Shown here piece after piece: positions 53,267 to 62,668 of a stretch of DNA of 64,000 nucleotides. Source of the stretch: Vulcanimicrobiota bacterium (lineage in GTDB: Bacteria > Vulcanimicrobiota > Vulcanimicrobiia > Vulcanimicrobiales > Vulcanimicrobiaceae); assembly GCA_963733295.1 (NCBI GenBank), contig CAVTCS010000003.1, positions 1,216,001 to 1,280,000 of the forward strand, given 5' to 3'. The translations under genes and the position numbers were made by a program. The first letter of the stretch is position 1; every line of letters begins with the position of its first letter. The notes under the pieces are model-generated. The model was not told the origin of the DNA. It searched no databases and saw nothing but the letters and a program-made list of their open reading frames with translations.

Positions 53267-53388
53267 GACCGTCGTACGCCGCCGCCACCCAGGGTGGATT
53301 AGTCTTGGGGCTTCCGCACGAACAAAAGCCGGAACGACCGCGAGGAATCTCCCGGCCGTCCTTGTCTCTCCGGCAACCGTCATGCGGC

Positions 53389-53712
53389 TCAGTTTGTGTG
53401 AAGCGGGGGTCCTTGGCTCTCCAGTGCTCTCTCCGCTGCGGCATTTTCTTGCTCGATCGTGAGCGGTACGACGTCGTCGAAAGCCCGCCGTATCTGTGGT
53501 TCAAAAGGCGCGCCTCCGATGCGTGCCGGCGCGCTGCTCGACAGGATGGCCACGTATTCGGCAACCACTTTTCCGGTCTGCGCGTCGATGAGCACCAAGC
53601 GGCTTCCGGGCGTCGTTACGCGCTGCACCGTGACGCTCGTCGTCTCGGCACTTGCGGCCGCTGCGCTTCCGAGCATTACGAGAAGCGTCAGCGTTGAAAT
53701 TATGCGTCTCAT
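53389..53712 (-). CDS. Small secreted hypothetical protein
   Basis: AAGGA RBS; AxA signal peptide; downstream hairpin plus T-run near 53322-53362. Confidence 0.7.
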   Translation of the reverse strand: MRRIISTLTLLVMLGSAAAASAETTSVTVQRVTTPGSRLVLIDAQTGKVVAEYVAILSSSAPARIGGAPFEPQIRRAFDDVVPLTIEQENAAAERALESQGPPLHTN

Positions 53713-53940
53713 GGAAGTTTCGTCCTTCTGTTAGCGATCGTGAGCATCGAATGATGCTCATCGACCAATCTACGACGCCGAACCCAACGTCGGATGAGTG
53801 GAGGACGATATTTTGCGCGTCGATTCTAGCGTGCTAGTTCGCGGGCTACTCGATTTGATCGGGTGGTGGGCCGTCGGGAACGCCGCTGCGTGCGGGTCGA
53901 CACTCCATACCTGCGCGCGTCGCTCGTCCCGAGCATGTAG

Positions 53941-54389
53941 TTATGGCTCTCGAGGTTGAGTCTGCGGAGTTTCGTCATTGGAAGCGGCCTTGAGCCCAGC
54001 CGCGTTTTCTCGAATCGACTTAGCCTCGCGCATCATTTCGAGCTCGGGCAGCACCTGAAGGTCGCGCAGCCGGCGCAGGAAGGCCTTCGATTGGATAATT
54101 CCCGAAAGTGAGAGGATCTGGAATTTGCGCTCGCCGATCTGCGCCCAGTCCGACAGCGCCGCGACCTTCTCAAAGCTACACCTTCGACCCGGAAGCGCGG
54201 TTGCACGCCGTTGAGGGCGCGCGCGATACGCACCATGTTGTCCGGATCGCGCCGGCAGCAAACGTCGACGTCTTCGGTGACGTAGGCGCTCCCGTGCAGG
54301 GCGACCGCCGCGCCGCCCACCAGCACGTACTCGACGCGCTGACGATCGAGAAGGTCGAGGACCTGCGTAATTGCGTTGTCCTCGGCCAT
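53941..54389 (-). pseudogene. Nucleotidyltransferase with frameshift/internal deletion
   Basis: GG.AV.LHG...TEDVD in one frame; SK...R.RD...LPELE C-terminus in another; break near 54178. Confidence 0.75.
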
Positions 54390-54395
54390 CGTCGG

Positions 54396-54614
54396 TTACT
54401 GGGTCCGCTGTTTGCGCATACGCGCGACCGATTGTGCGTTGCGAATTATGCGGCCAGCGTGCTCGAGCCGCTCCTCTGCCGTGAGGGCGAACATGTTGTG
54501 AAACGTGATGCTGGGATCGATGCCATACGCAATCGCGCGCGCGAGCGCACTCCCGGGGGGCGGGGACAGCCAGTACCTGCGGAAGCGCGCCTCTGCCTCT
54601 TCCCTCTCGTCCAC
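54396..54614 (-). CDS. Small protein, putative antitoxin partner of the nucleotidyltransferase
   Basis: GID....N...LT.EERL motif; 6 nt upstream of NTase. Confidence 0.6.
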   Translation of the reverse strand: MDEREEAEARFRRYWLSPPPGSALARAIAYGIDPSITFHNMFALTAEERLEHAGRIIRNAQSVARMRKQRTQ

Positions 54615-54678
54615 GTCTCAAATATATCACATATCGGTGGACTAAGGTTTGGGTTCGGACGCGTTGCGAACCGCGACG

Positions 54679-55482
54679 CTACTTCAACGTCTCGATCGTC
54701 CAGCCGCTGACGTTCACGTAGGGCAGCGTGTTGACCGTAATCGCGCGCGTTTCCATCATCGACAGTTTGTCGATCGCGCCGTGCCGCACGTCTCCATTCA
54801 CGCTGAGCGCGACGGTGAAACCCTGACGCCCCGGATCCTCCCGGCCGCCGCCACCGCCGCCGCCACCTCCGTACCCACCGTGGAATCCGCCGTGTCCGCC
54901 GTGTCCACCCTGCGAACCTTCGCCGCTCGGCGGTTGCGCTTGCGCTTGGACGAGCATTTCGCCGGCGCCATGTAGATCGAAGCCGGCGGCGTTCGAATTC
55001 GCAATCACGACCGGCACGATCACCGGCACGTTCGCACCGGGAATCTCCGGAAGTAACAGCGAGGCGCTCCAACCGTCGCGCGTGCCTCCGCTCTCGTTGG
55101 CAAGGAGCAGGCTTATCCGGTTCAGACCGGCGATGAGGTCGTTCAGTTGAGCGTCTTGCGACGCCGTCTTATCGTTTTTCGGAATCTGCAGCGATCCATC
55201 GGAGGCGAGCTCCAGCACCGTCAGGCCGATGGGCCGGCCGCCGACACTGCCGTCGACCGTTAAGGTTGCCGGCGTCTTGCGGCGCAGCGTCACCTCGCTG
55301 ACGCTCGTTTGCGGATCGGGGTTGCCCTGTACCGTTCGCGTGACCCGATAGTGCGCGGTGCCACCGACCGGCGGGACGATCGCGATGATCGCGGGCGCGG
55401 GAGCCTGTGCGACCGCGGGAGCGACGGCCGTCGCCGCCACGACGGCAACGGCGAACGCGGCCAGACAATCTGCGTATGGCAT
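54679..55482 (-). CDS. Secreted hypothetical protein with Gly/His-rich insert
   Basis: Signal peptide; GGHGGHGGFHGGYGGGGGGGGG. Confidence 0.7.
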   Translation of the reverse strand: MPYADCLAAFAVAVVAATAVAPAVAQAPAPAIIAIVPPVGGTAHYRVTRTVQGNPDPQTSVSEVTLRRKTPATLTVDGSVGGRPIGLTVLELASDGSLQIPKNDKTASQDAQLNDLIAGLNRISLLLANESGGTRDGWSASLLLPEIPGANVPVIVPVVIANSNAAGFDLHGAGEMLVQAQAQPPSGEGSQGGHGGHGGFHGGYGGGGGGGGGREDPGRQGFTVALSVNGDVRHGAIDKLSMMETRAITVNTLPYVNVSGWTIETLK

Positions 55483-55525
55483 GCGACGAGCCTAGCCGAG
55501 CGACCTCAGGTGAGGCTGGGAGCGT

Positions 55526-56551
55526 CTAGTTCGCGAGCTGCTCGATTTGATCGGATGGTGGCGTGACCGGTGGGGACGCCGCTGCGTCCGGTTCGACGCG
55601 CCATACCTGGGGGCGCGGCTGCGGGCCGACTCCAGGACCCGTGGGCTGCGTGCGTCGCTCGTCCTCGTGCGAAACGAGGTAGCCGCCGAGGTCGACGCGA
55701 TTCGCTTGGGCGCTCACGTCTACCCCACCGTTCCCGTTCGTCTTGAGCGTCGTCGAGATCTGACCTCCGGATGTGCTCGAGTCGGTGACGGTGAGCGAAC
55801 CATCGGCGTTCAGGGTCACCGACTCGCCGCCGCCCAACTGCGCCGTCTGACCGGACTGCAGCGTCACGTTGTTGCCGTATGACGAGATCTGATACTGACC
55901 CGAAGCGTTGAGCGCGACGATGGTATTGCCGTTGTTCGTCGCGACCGAAGCGCTTTGGTTCATCGTCACGCCCTGGGCGTTCGGTTGCGTCACCTGCGTT
56001 GAAACGCGGTAGCCGCCTGCGAACGAGTTCGAGTCGAGCAAGTCCGCGTGCGAGCGCATGTTGTCCCACGAACTGTTGACGTTCTGGCCATTCGCGCTGC
56101 TCCCATTGAACGTGTCGTGCGGGTCGCCCCACGAGCTCGCGGTGGCGTTCGAGAAAAACGCCTCGTTCTGGTTCCCGGGCACCGGCTCGCATTGAGCCGA
56201 ATTTCCCTGGCAACCGGCATTCTGACCGCTCGATCCGGAACCGTACGCTCCGCTTTGCGCCGGGCTTCCGGACGAGGTTCCGGTCCCGTACCAGGAGGCG
56301 ATCTGATTGAACAGGTTGTTGACGTAGGTCGCGAAGCCGGCCATCATTGCGCTGAGCCCGTTCCCCCCGGCCAAGCCGTTCGGGGCGCCGTTTAGAGCAC
56401 CGCTGCCGGGATTAGGAAATCCGACGATCATCGCGTCGGATTGAAATGCAGGCGCGGGCGGACTCGCATATGGCGCACCCGGCGTCTCCGACGGCTGCGG
56501 CGGGAAGCCTGCGAACGGCGAGTTGAGCAAGTTGTTACCGATCCACGACAT
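55526..56551 (-). CDS. Ser/Gly/Asn-rich protein with WGDPH motif (DUF1521/MIIA-like)
   Basis: GGAG RBS; low-complexity N-terminus; WGDPH followed by beta-rich domain. Confidence 0.7.
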   Translation of the reverse strand: MSWIGNNLLNSPFAGFPPQPSETPGAPYASPPAPAFQSDAMIVGFPNPGSGALNGAPNGLAGGNGLSAMMAGFATYVNNLFNQIASWYGTGTSSGSPAQSGAYGSGSSGQNAGCQGNSAQCEPVPGNQNEAFFSNATASSWGDPHDTFNGSSANGQNVNSSWDNMRSHADLLDSNSFAGGYRVSTQVTQPNAQGVTMNQSASVATNNGNTIVALNASGQYQISSYGNNVTLQSGQTAQLGGGESVTLNADGSLTVTDSSTSGGQISTTLKTNGNGGVDVSAQANRVDLGGYLVSHEDERRTQPTGPGVGPQPRPQVWRVEPDAAASPPVTPPSDQIEQLAN

Positions 56552-56639
56552 CGCTACTCCATTCGGGTGACGCCGGATAAACGTGTGCGCGAATCTTTCA
56601 CGCACCGGCGTCGAACCGGCAAGTGCGACTAGAGGTCGC

Positions 56640-58319
56640 TCAGATCTGCCACTCGTACGGATTCCAGAAACTCGTCACCGCGTGCGCGGGCCGATAGTTC
56701 TGCAGATCGCTGTTTTCGACGGAGAGACGCCGCGTATACCACGTGATGATCACCGGCACTTGATCGGCCAGCACCGTTTGGATCGTGTCGTACGCACGTT
56801 TACGAACGCCACGGTCGTTCGTTCCAAGCGCGAGGCGCTCGGCCGCATCGACCCTTGGGTCACAGAAATGGTACGCGTTCTGCCCGGCCGGCGGAAATTG
56901 GTCGCACATCCAAAGCGTAGAATCGTCAGGATCGACTCCGTTTAGCCACGAAAGGAACGCGACGTCAAATTTTCCGGTTTGTATGATGCCGCCGGCGCCG
57001 TACGTCGCGAAGAACAGCGACGAAACGTAGGTCTTAACGAGCGCCTCGATGCCCACGTCGTGCCAGTCGCGCTGGACGATGACCGCAGTCGCGTTTCCGT
57101 TCGCGGAGCCTTGGACGCCGATGAGCGCCAACTGCAAGCGCTTCCCGTCCTTCACGCGAATTCCATCGGCTCCGACCCTCCAACCGGCGGCGTCCAGCAA
57201 CGCGCGTGCCTTCGCGGGATCGTAGTCGTAGTGGGCGGCGTTTGGATTGTACGCCCACTGAAAACTCGGCTGATCTGTGTAACCCGGCACGTTCACACCG
57301 TGGGTGACGTCGCGGATCAAACCCTTGACATCCAGCGCGAGCCATAGGGCTCGCCGCACGCGCACGTCCGCCAGCTGCGGGCTTCGCAGGTTCAGCACGA
57401 GTTGACCGAACTGCGTAAACGGGGTGAGCACGGCCCGCGTGCCGGCGATGTTGCTCAGCTGCGGATAGTTTGAATTCGCGGCGTTGAAGTCGAGATCGGC
57501 TTCGTGCGACTTGAGCAGCGTCACGACGGTGTTCTCGTCGGGAATGGGGGTGTACCAAATCTCGCGAAGCTTGGGAGGTCCGCGCCAGTAGTGCGGATTC
57601 GCACGGAAAACGATCTTCGAGCCGCGCTGCCAGTGTTCGACCACAAACGGACCCGTCCCGACCGGCCGGCTGTTGAATTCGATCCGGTTGAGATCGGAAA
57701 ATTTCGCGAGCAGGTGAGCCGGCAACACCACGTACGGGTTTGAACACGGACCGAAGAACGTACTGATGAACGGCGCGTAGGGCCGCTTGAGGTGCACGAC
57801 GATCGTCCAAGCGTCCTTCCGCTGGATCGAATCGATGAGGTCGAATCCAACGGTCGAAGGGACGTTGTTGCGTTTGTTCATGACGGCGTGCCACGTGAAG
57901 ATGACGTCATCGGCTGTGAACGGCGACCCGTCTTGCCAAAGAACTCCCTTACGCAGATGGTAGGTGATCGTTCGGTTGTCGCGCGAGATGCCGCCGTTTT
58001 CGAGCGTCGGCACGACGGTCGCAAGTTCCGGGACGAATTCGTTGCGGTCGTTATAGTTAAAGAAGTATCCGCCCCAGAGGTACGCCAGATCCGAGTCGAT
58101 TTGAAAGTTGCCGACTAGTGGATTTAGCGAATCGGGTTCGGAGATATTGACGATTCGCAACAAGCCGTGCTGCGTCCATGGGTTGCCGGCGCTCGAGCTC
58201 GAGGTTCCGACGCGCGTGCACGCGGCGAAAGCCGCCAACGCCAGGAACGCGCACGGGAGCGCGGCCAAACGGCGCAAGCGTCGGAAAATGGCGAGCGGGT
58301 CGAAGTGTCCGGCACGCAT
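56640..58319 (-). CDS. Peptide ABC substrate-binding lipoprotein (SBP family 5)
   Basis: Lipobox FAAC; WQDG..FTADDV, PVGTGPF, VRRAL. Confidence 0.92.
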   Translation of the reverse strand: MRAGHFDPLAIFRRLRRLAALPCAFLALAAFAACTRVGTSSSSAGNPWTQHGLLRIVNISEPDSLNPLVGNFQIDSDLAYLWGGYFFNYNDRNEFVPELATVVPTLENGGISRDNRTITYHLRKGVLWQDGSPFTADDVIFTWHAVMNKRNNVPSTVGFDLIDSIQRKDAWTIVVHLKRPYAPFISTFFGPCSNPYVVLPAHLLAKFSDLNRIEFNSRPVGTGPFVVEHWQRGSKIVFRANPHYWRGPPKLREIWYTPIPDENTVVTLLKSHEADLDFNAANSNYPQLSNIAGTRAVLTPFTQFGQLVLNLRSPQLADVRVRRALWLALDVKGLIRDVTHGVNVPGYTDQPSFQWAYNPNAAHYDYDPAKARALLDAAGWRVGADGIRVKDGKRLQLALIGVQGSANGNATAVIVQRDWHDVGIEALVKTYVSSLFFATYGAGGIIQTGKFDVAFLSWLNGVDPDDSTLWMCDQFPPAGQNAYHFCDPRVDAAERLALGTNDRGVRKRAYDTIQTVLADQVPVIITWYTRRLSVENSDLQNYRPAHAVTSFWNPYEWQI

Positions 58320-58354
58320 CCCGGCGTACTTGGACTCGCGGCGCTCCGGCCCTG

Positions 58355-59176
58355 TTAGCGATCCACAAGCTCGAGCAGTTGCGGATAAACAATCGCGATG
58401 AGCTCGGGCGAACGCAGCGGTTCGATGATATCGTGCGAAGGCGGCAGACCCCCGAGCCGGTGCGTCTCGACGACGCCCGAAGCGCGCGCGCTCCACAGCC
58501 GCGCCAAGCGGCGCGCGCTTCGATTGTTTACCGCCGTCTCGCTCCCGTTTAGCACCAGTGCGATCTGGTGCGTCTTCGGCGCCTGCCTCCGCGCAGCATC
58601 GAAGAGGTTCAAGGCAAAGCGGTACGCCTGCGCGACCGCATGCGTCGGATAGCGCGGGTAGCCGTGAGCCGGCATCTGCCGCTCGCGCAACACGGGATTC
58701 CACCACATGAAGCGATTCGGCAGGTGCAGCGCGATGCGAATCGCGTGTGGACCCGCCAAGTGCGGCATGCCGTTGATTCCCAGGAAAGGCGCGATGCTCA
58801 CCGCCCGATCGACGGCATGATTCTGTGCGATCCAGGCGGCGAGGAGGCCTCCGACCGAGAACCCGGCGACGATGACTCGCTCGCCGAGCTCGCGTGCCCG
58901 GTCGACCGTGCTCTGCGCAAACTCTTCGAGCTCTTCTGCCGTCAACGCCTCGAGTGCGGTCGTCAGCCGGTCCGCGTGCCCATGATGCGGGAGCCTCGGT
59001 ATGAGCACGTTTGCGCCGCGCTCGAACAAGACTCGGCCGAACGCGGAAAATTGCTCCGGACTCGCGGTCAAGCCGTGTAGTAAAACGAAAGCCTTCGGAG
59101 CGCGCGCACCGTGCGTGAGGAGGATCGAGGGATTGGCGATGGAGCCCGGCGGCGGCGGGGAGGACACGCGGGACAC
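58355..59176 (-). CDS. Alpha/beta hydrolase (carboxylesterase-like)
   Basis: LHGLT, GFSVGG, C-terminal HD. Confidence 0.85.
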   Translation of the reverse strand: MSRVSSPPPPGSIANPSILLTHGARAPKAFVLLHGLTASPEQFSAFGRVLFERGANVLIPRLPHHGHADRLTTALEALTAEELEEFAQSTVDRARELGERVIVAGFSVGGLLAAWIAQNHAVDRAVSIAPFLGINGMPHLAGPHAIRIALHLPNRFMWWNPVLRERQMPAHGYPRYPTHAVAQAYRFALNLFDAARRQAPKTHQIALVLNGSETAVNNRSARRLARLWSARASGVVETHRLGGLPPSHDIIEPLRSPELIAIVYPQLLELVDR

Positions 59177-59230
59177 GTTCGGCGCGAACACGGCGGAGCC
59201 CGGCGCCGCTGCGAGTAAGCCTAGCGGCGG

Positions 59231-59740
59231 ATGATTCCGGAACGTATCAGCCCTCAGCGGCCGGCCGACTACCTCGCGGTGATGTCCCGCGCGATCTTCC
59301 AGGCGGGGATGAGTTGGAAGTTGATCGCTTCCAAATGGGACGCCTACCTGAGGCTCTTCGAGGGATTCGATCCCGTGCTCGTGGCCGCGTTTGACGATAC
59401 CGACGTGGCACGCATCATGGACGACGGCGGCGTCGTGCGAACTCGCAAGAAGATCGTCGCGACGATCGAAAACGCGCGGGCGCTTCTCGCAATCGAGCGC
59501 GAGTACGGTCAAATGCGCGACTACTTGCGATCGTTCGACGGCTATGCAACGCTCTCGGCAGACTTACGAAAACGCTTCATGTTTTTGGGCGAGCTGAGCG
59601 CCTACTATTTTTTGTTCAGAATCGGCGAGCCCGTGCCGCGCTTCGAAGAGTGGGAGCAAACGGTGCCCGGCGACCATCCACGCATGCGCGAGATGGTCGA
59701 GCTCGCACGCGCGAACCGCGTTTCGCCGGAGACCCAGTAA
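59231..59740 (+). CDS. tag: DNA-3-methyladenine glycosylase I-like protein
   Basis: FQAGMSW, F.GFDP..VA, VR.R.KI.ATIENA. Confidence 0.82.
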   Translation: MIPERISPQRPADYLAVMSRAIFQAGMSWKLIASKWDAYLRLFEGFDPVLVAAFDDTDVARIMDDGGVVRTRKKIVATIENARALLAIEREYGQMRDYLRSFDGYATLSADLRKRFMFLGELSAYYFLFRIGEPVPRFEEWEQTVPGDHPRMREMVELARANRVSPETQ

Positions 59741-59793
59741 CGCGCGATTCCCGATGTTGGGTTTTGTTTCCGAAAAGCGGGGAAGAACACGGC

Positions 59794-60057
59794 ATGAGCA
59801 TTTTGGCGTGGATCTTAATCGGCTTGATCGCGGGATTCCTCGCGAAGGCTTTTGTCCCCGGCGAGGGCCCCGGCGGTTTCATCGGCGACATCGTCGTAGG
59901 CGTCGTTGGGGCACTCCTGGGCGGTTGGATCTTCAATCTGCTGGGTCACTCGGCAGTGACGGGTTTCAATCTCTACAGTATCTTCGTCGCAATGATCGGC
60001 GCAATCGTTCTCCTCGTAATCTTGCGCGCGATCGGTGCTAGCCGACCCGTCGCTTAA
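59794..60057 (+). CDS. GlsB/YeaQ/YmgE stress-response membrane protein
   Basis: WILIGLIAG.LA...PG, GVVGALLGG, A.IGAIVLL. Confidence 0.92.
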   Translation: MSILAWILIGLIAGFLAKAFVPGEGPGGFIGDIVVGVVGALLGGWIFNLLGHSAVTGFNLYSIFVAMIGAIVLLVILRAIGASRPVA

Positions 60058-60068
60058 GGGAAAGCGGA

Positions 60069-60103
60069 AGGGCAGGTCACCCGACGACCTGCCCTTTTTT
60101 CTT
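60069..60103 (+). terminator. Intrinsic terminator
   Basis: AAGGGCAGGTC / GACCTGCCCTT followed by T-run. Confidence 0.85.
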
Positions 60104-60152
60104 TGCCCGCCGGATGCCGGAATCGCGAGGTGCAAACGCGTAGGGTGAGACG

Positions 60153-61442
60153 ATCGACCATCTGGTAGCGGCGCGCGCGCAAATGGGAACCTCGCTGGCG
60201 TTCCACTTCGTCTTCGCTTCGCTCGGGGTCGGTCTGCCGCTGCTGCTCGTCATCGTCGAGGGCCGCTGGCTGAGAACGCGCAACCTGCTCGACTACGAGA
60301 TCGCGCGGACGTGGTCGCGAGCCATGCTCTTGTTGTTTGCGATCGGTGCGGTTTCCGGAACGACGCTTTCTTTCGAGCTGGGTCTGCTCTGGCCGGAGTT
60401 CATGAAGCGAGCGGGCTCGATCGTCGGCATTCCGTTCTCAGCCGAAGGCTTTGCCTTCTTCATCGAAGCGATCTTTATCGGCATCTACGTCTACGGCTGG
60501 GACAAGCTTTCGCCAAGAACGCACTGGCTTTGCTCGATCGCGATCGCGGTTTCGGGAGCGGCGTCGGCGATCTTCGTGGTCGCCGTCAACGCCTGGATGA
60601 ACACACCCTCCGGCTTCGCCCTCGTGGACGGGAAACTGGTCGCCGTCGACCTCGGACGTGCTTTTTTCAGCCCCGCGTTCTTCACCGAAACCCTTCACAC
60701 GACGCTGGCCGCTTACGTGTTCGTGGGCTTTGCCGTCGCAGCCGTTTCCGCTTGGAAAGTGTTGCGCGCACCTGGCGAACCACACGCAGTCGAGGCCTTG
60801 AACGTCGGCATGCTGGTTGCCGCGCTCGCGATACCGCTTCAACTGATCGCCGGCGACCTCTCCGCGCGCTTCGACGCGCACCGCGAGCCCATCAAGTTTG
60901 CGGCCGCAGAAGCGCATTTTCAGACGTCACGCAACGCTCGACTCGTGATAGGGGGAATCGCCGATGCGACGACCCGTAGCGTGCGTGGCGCAATCGAGAT
61001 CCCGTTCATGCTCAGTTTCCTCGCTTTCGGAGACGCGAAGGCCGAGGTACGTGGTCTCGACGCATATCCGCTCTCCGAACAGCCGCCGGTCGCGATCGTT
61101 CACGCGAGCTTCGACACCATGGTTGGCAGCGGATCGGCGCTCCTACTCGCTGCTCTGTGGTGGGTGGTTGCCACGCGCTGTGGCCGCCGCGCCACGGGCG
61201 TGTGGCTCTCACGTTCGCTTGTCGTTTCGGGCTTTCTCGCCTTCATCGCGATGGAGGCCGGCTGGTTCGTAACCGAGTTCGGACGCCAGCCCTGGACGGC
61301 CGTAGGTCTTTTGCGGACGAGCGCCGCGGTCACGACGGCGCCGGCTCTCGACCTCGCGTTTTACGGCTTCTCGCTGCTCTACGTCTTTTTGGCCGTAACG
61401 CTCGTTTTGCTGCTGGCGCGAATTCCGTACTCGTCAACATGA
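60153..61442 (+). CDS. cydA: Cytochrome bd oxidase subunit I (probable ATC start)
   Basis: AR.QM...AFH, FF.EA.F, NAWMNTP, TEFGRQPW. Confidence 0.93.
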   Translation: MDHLVAARAQMGTSLAFHFVFASLGVGLPLLLVIVEGRWLRTRNLLDYEIARTWSRAMLLLFAIGAVSGTTLSFELGLLWPEFMKRAGSIVGIPFSAEGFAFFIEAIFIGIYVYGWDKLSPRTHWLCSIAIAVSGAASAIFVVAVNAWMNTPSGFALVDGKLVAVDLGRAFFSPAFFTETLHTTLAAYVFVGFAVAAVSAWKVLRAPGEPHAVEALNVGMLVAALAIPLQLIAGDLSARFDAHREPIKFAAAEAHFQTSRNARLVIGGIADATTRSVRGAIEIPFMLSFLAFGDAKAEVRGLDAYPLSEQPPVAIVHASFDTMVGSGSALLLAALWWVVATRCGRRATGVWLSRSLVVSGFLAFIAMEAGWFVTEFGRQPWTAVGLLRTSAAVTTAPALDLAFYGFSLLYVFLAVTLVLLLARIPYSST

Positions 61443-62404
61443 CGGCCGAAGCGCTGGTCTCGCTCGTCGCGCTCGTTGCCATCGCGCTGTACGCGATTTT
61501 CGGAGGAGCCGACTTCGGGGGCGGCGTGCTGGATATCGCCGCGAGCGGCCCGCGCCGCGACGAACAGCGAATGGCGATCGCTCGTGCGATCGGCCCGGTC
61601 TGGGAGACCAACCACGTCTGGCTGATCTTCTGCGTGGTGCTGCTTTTCACGTGCTTTCCGCCCGCGTTCGCGTCGCTGGCGGTCGGTCTTTACTTTCCGT
61701 TGACGTTCGCATTGGTCGGAATCATTCTACGCGGTGCAGCTTTCGCGTTTCGCTCTCAGCAGTATCGCTCTGCGCCCATGGCGCAATTCTGGGGCCGCGT
61801 CTTCGGCATCGCGAGCCTCGTCACGCCGTTCTTCTTCGGAACGTGCGTCGGCGGGCTCACCCAGGGTCACTACGCGTGGACCTCACCGTTTGCGATCGCG
61901 ATCGGCTTGTTCGCCGTTACTCTTGGCGCGCAGATCGCGGCGGTCTTCCTCACCTTGGAAACCACCGGGAACTTGCGCGACGACTTCCGGATCCGGGCGC
62001 TCGTCGCTACCTTCGCGCTCGCAGGAGCCGGTGCGCTCGCCCTCGGTATCGCCGCCCTGACGGTCCCTGCGACCTTCGAGGCACTCGTGAGCCCGCAGGC
62101 GTTGCCGGGAATCGGCGCGGCGATGTTCTTAGGCTTCGTCGTGCTCGGACTAGTCTGGACGAGGCACTTCGCCACAGCCCGGATCGCGGTCGCACTCGAA
62201 GCGGTCGCGATTCTCGTCGGCTGGTACGCCTCCCAGACGCCTTATCTGATCCCCGGCGAGATGACCTACACCCAGGCGGCCGCTCCGGAAATCACGCTCC
62301 ACGCTTTCCTTTGGATCGTCGCTGCCGGTGGCGCATTGCTCGTCCCGTCGCTGTTCCTTTTGTTCCGCATCTTCAAGTCGGAGCTCCCGGCCCGATCCGG
62401 TTAG
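61439..62404 (+). CDS. cydB: Cytochrome bd oxidase subunit II
   Basis: GADFGGG, IGPVWETNHVW, RGAAFAFR; ATGA overlap. Confidence 0.93.
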   Translation: MTAEALVSLVALVAIALYAIFGGADFGGGVLDIAASGPRRDEQRMAIARAIGPVWETNHVWLIFCVVLLFTCFPPAFASLAVGLYFPLTFALVGIILRGAAFAFRSQQYRSAPMAQFWGRVFGIASLVTPFFFGTCVGGLTQGHYAWTSPFAIAIGLFAVTLGAQIAAVFLTLETTGNLRDDFRIRALVATFALAGAGALALGIAALTVPATFEALVSPQALPGIGAAMFLGFVVLGLVWTRHFATARIAVALEAVAILVGWYASQTPYLIPGEMTYTQAAAPEITLHAFLWIVAAGGALLVPSLFLLFRIFKSELPARSG

Positions 62405-62413
62405 GACGATTCC

Positions 62414-62656
62414 TTAAATCTTCTCTAATGCAGCTTTCCCGTTCGTTACGCGCACGCGGTGCGTACGATGGAAAGCGAGCAGCGCCTCGGCGCTTTGTAC
62501 TCCATCGGGAAACTCCACGAGGTGCACGAACTGTCCGGAAAGTGGGACGATCTCTTGCACGTTCGGACCACCGTCGGAGCTTCGATAGTTTTCATCAAAA
62601 TGCGGTGCCGTCGCGATGATGTTTCCGCTTTCACTCGTCACAACCACGCGTTTCAT
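62414..62656 (-). CDS. Small hypothetical protein
   Basis: GGGAG RBS; 80 aa. Confidence 0.7.
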   Translation of the reverse strand: MKRVVVTSESGNIIATAPHFDENYRSSDGGPNVQEIVPLSGQFVHLVEFPDGVQSAEALLAFHRTHRVRVTNGKAALEKI

Positions 62657-62668
62657 GTTCGCGCTCCC

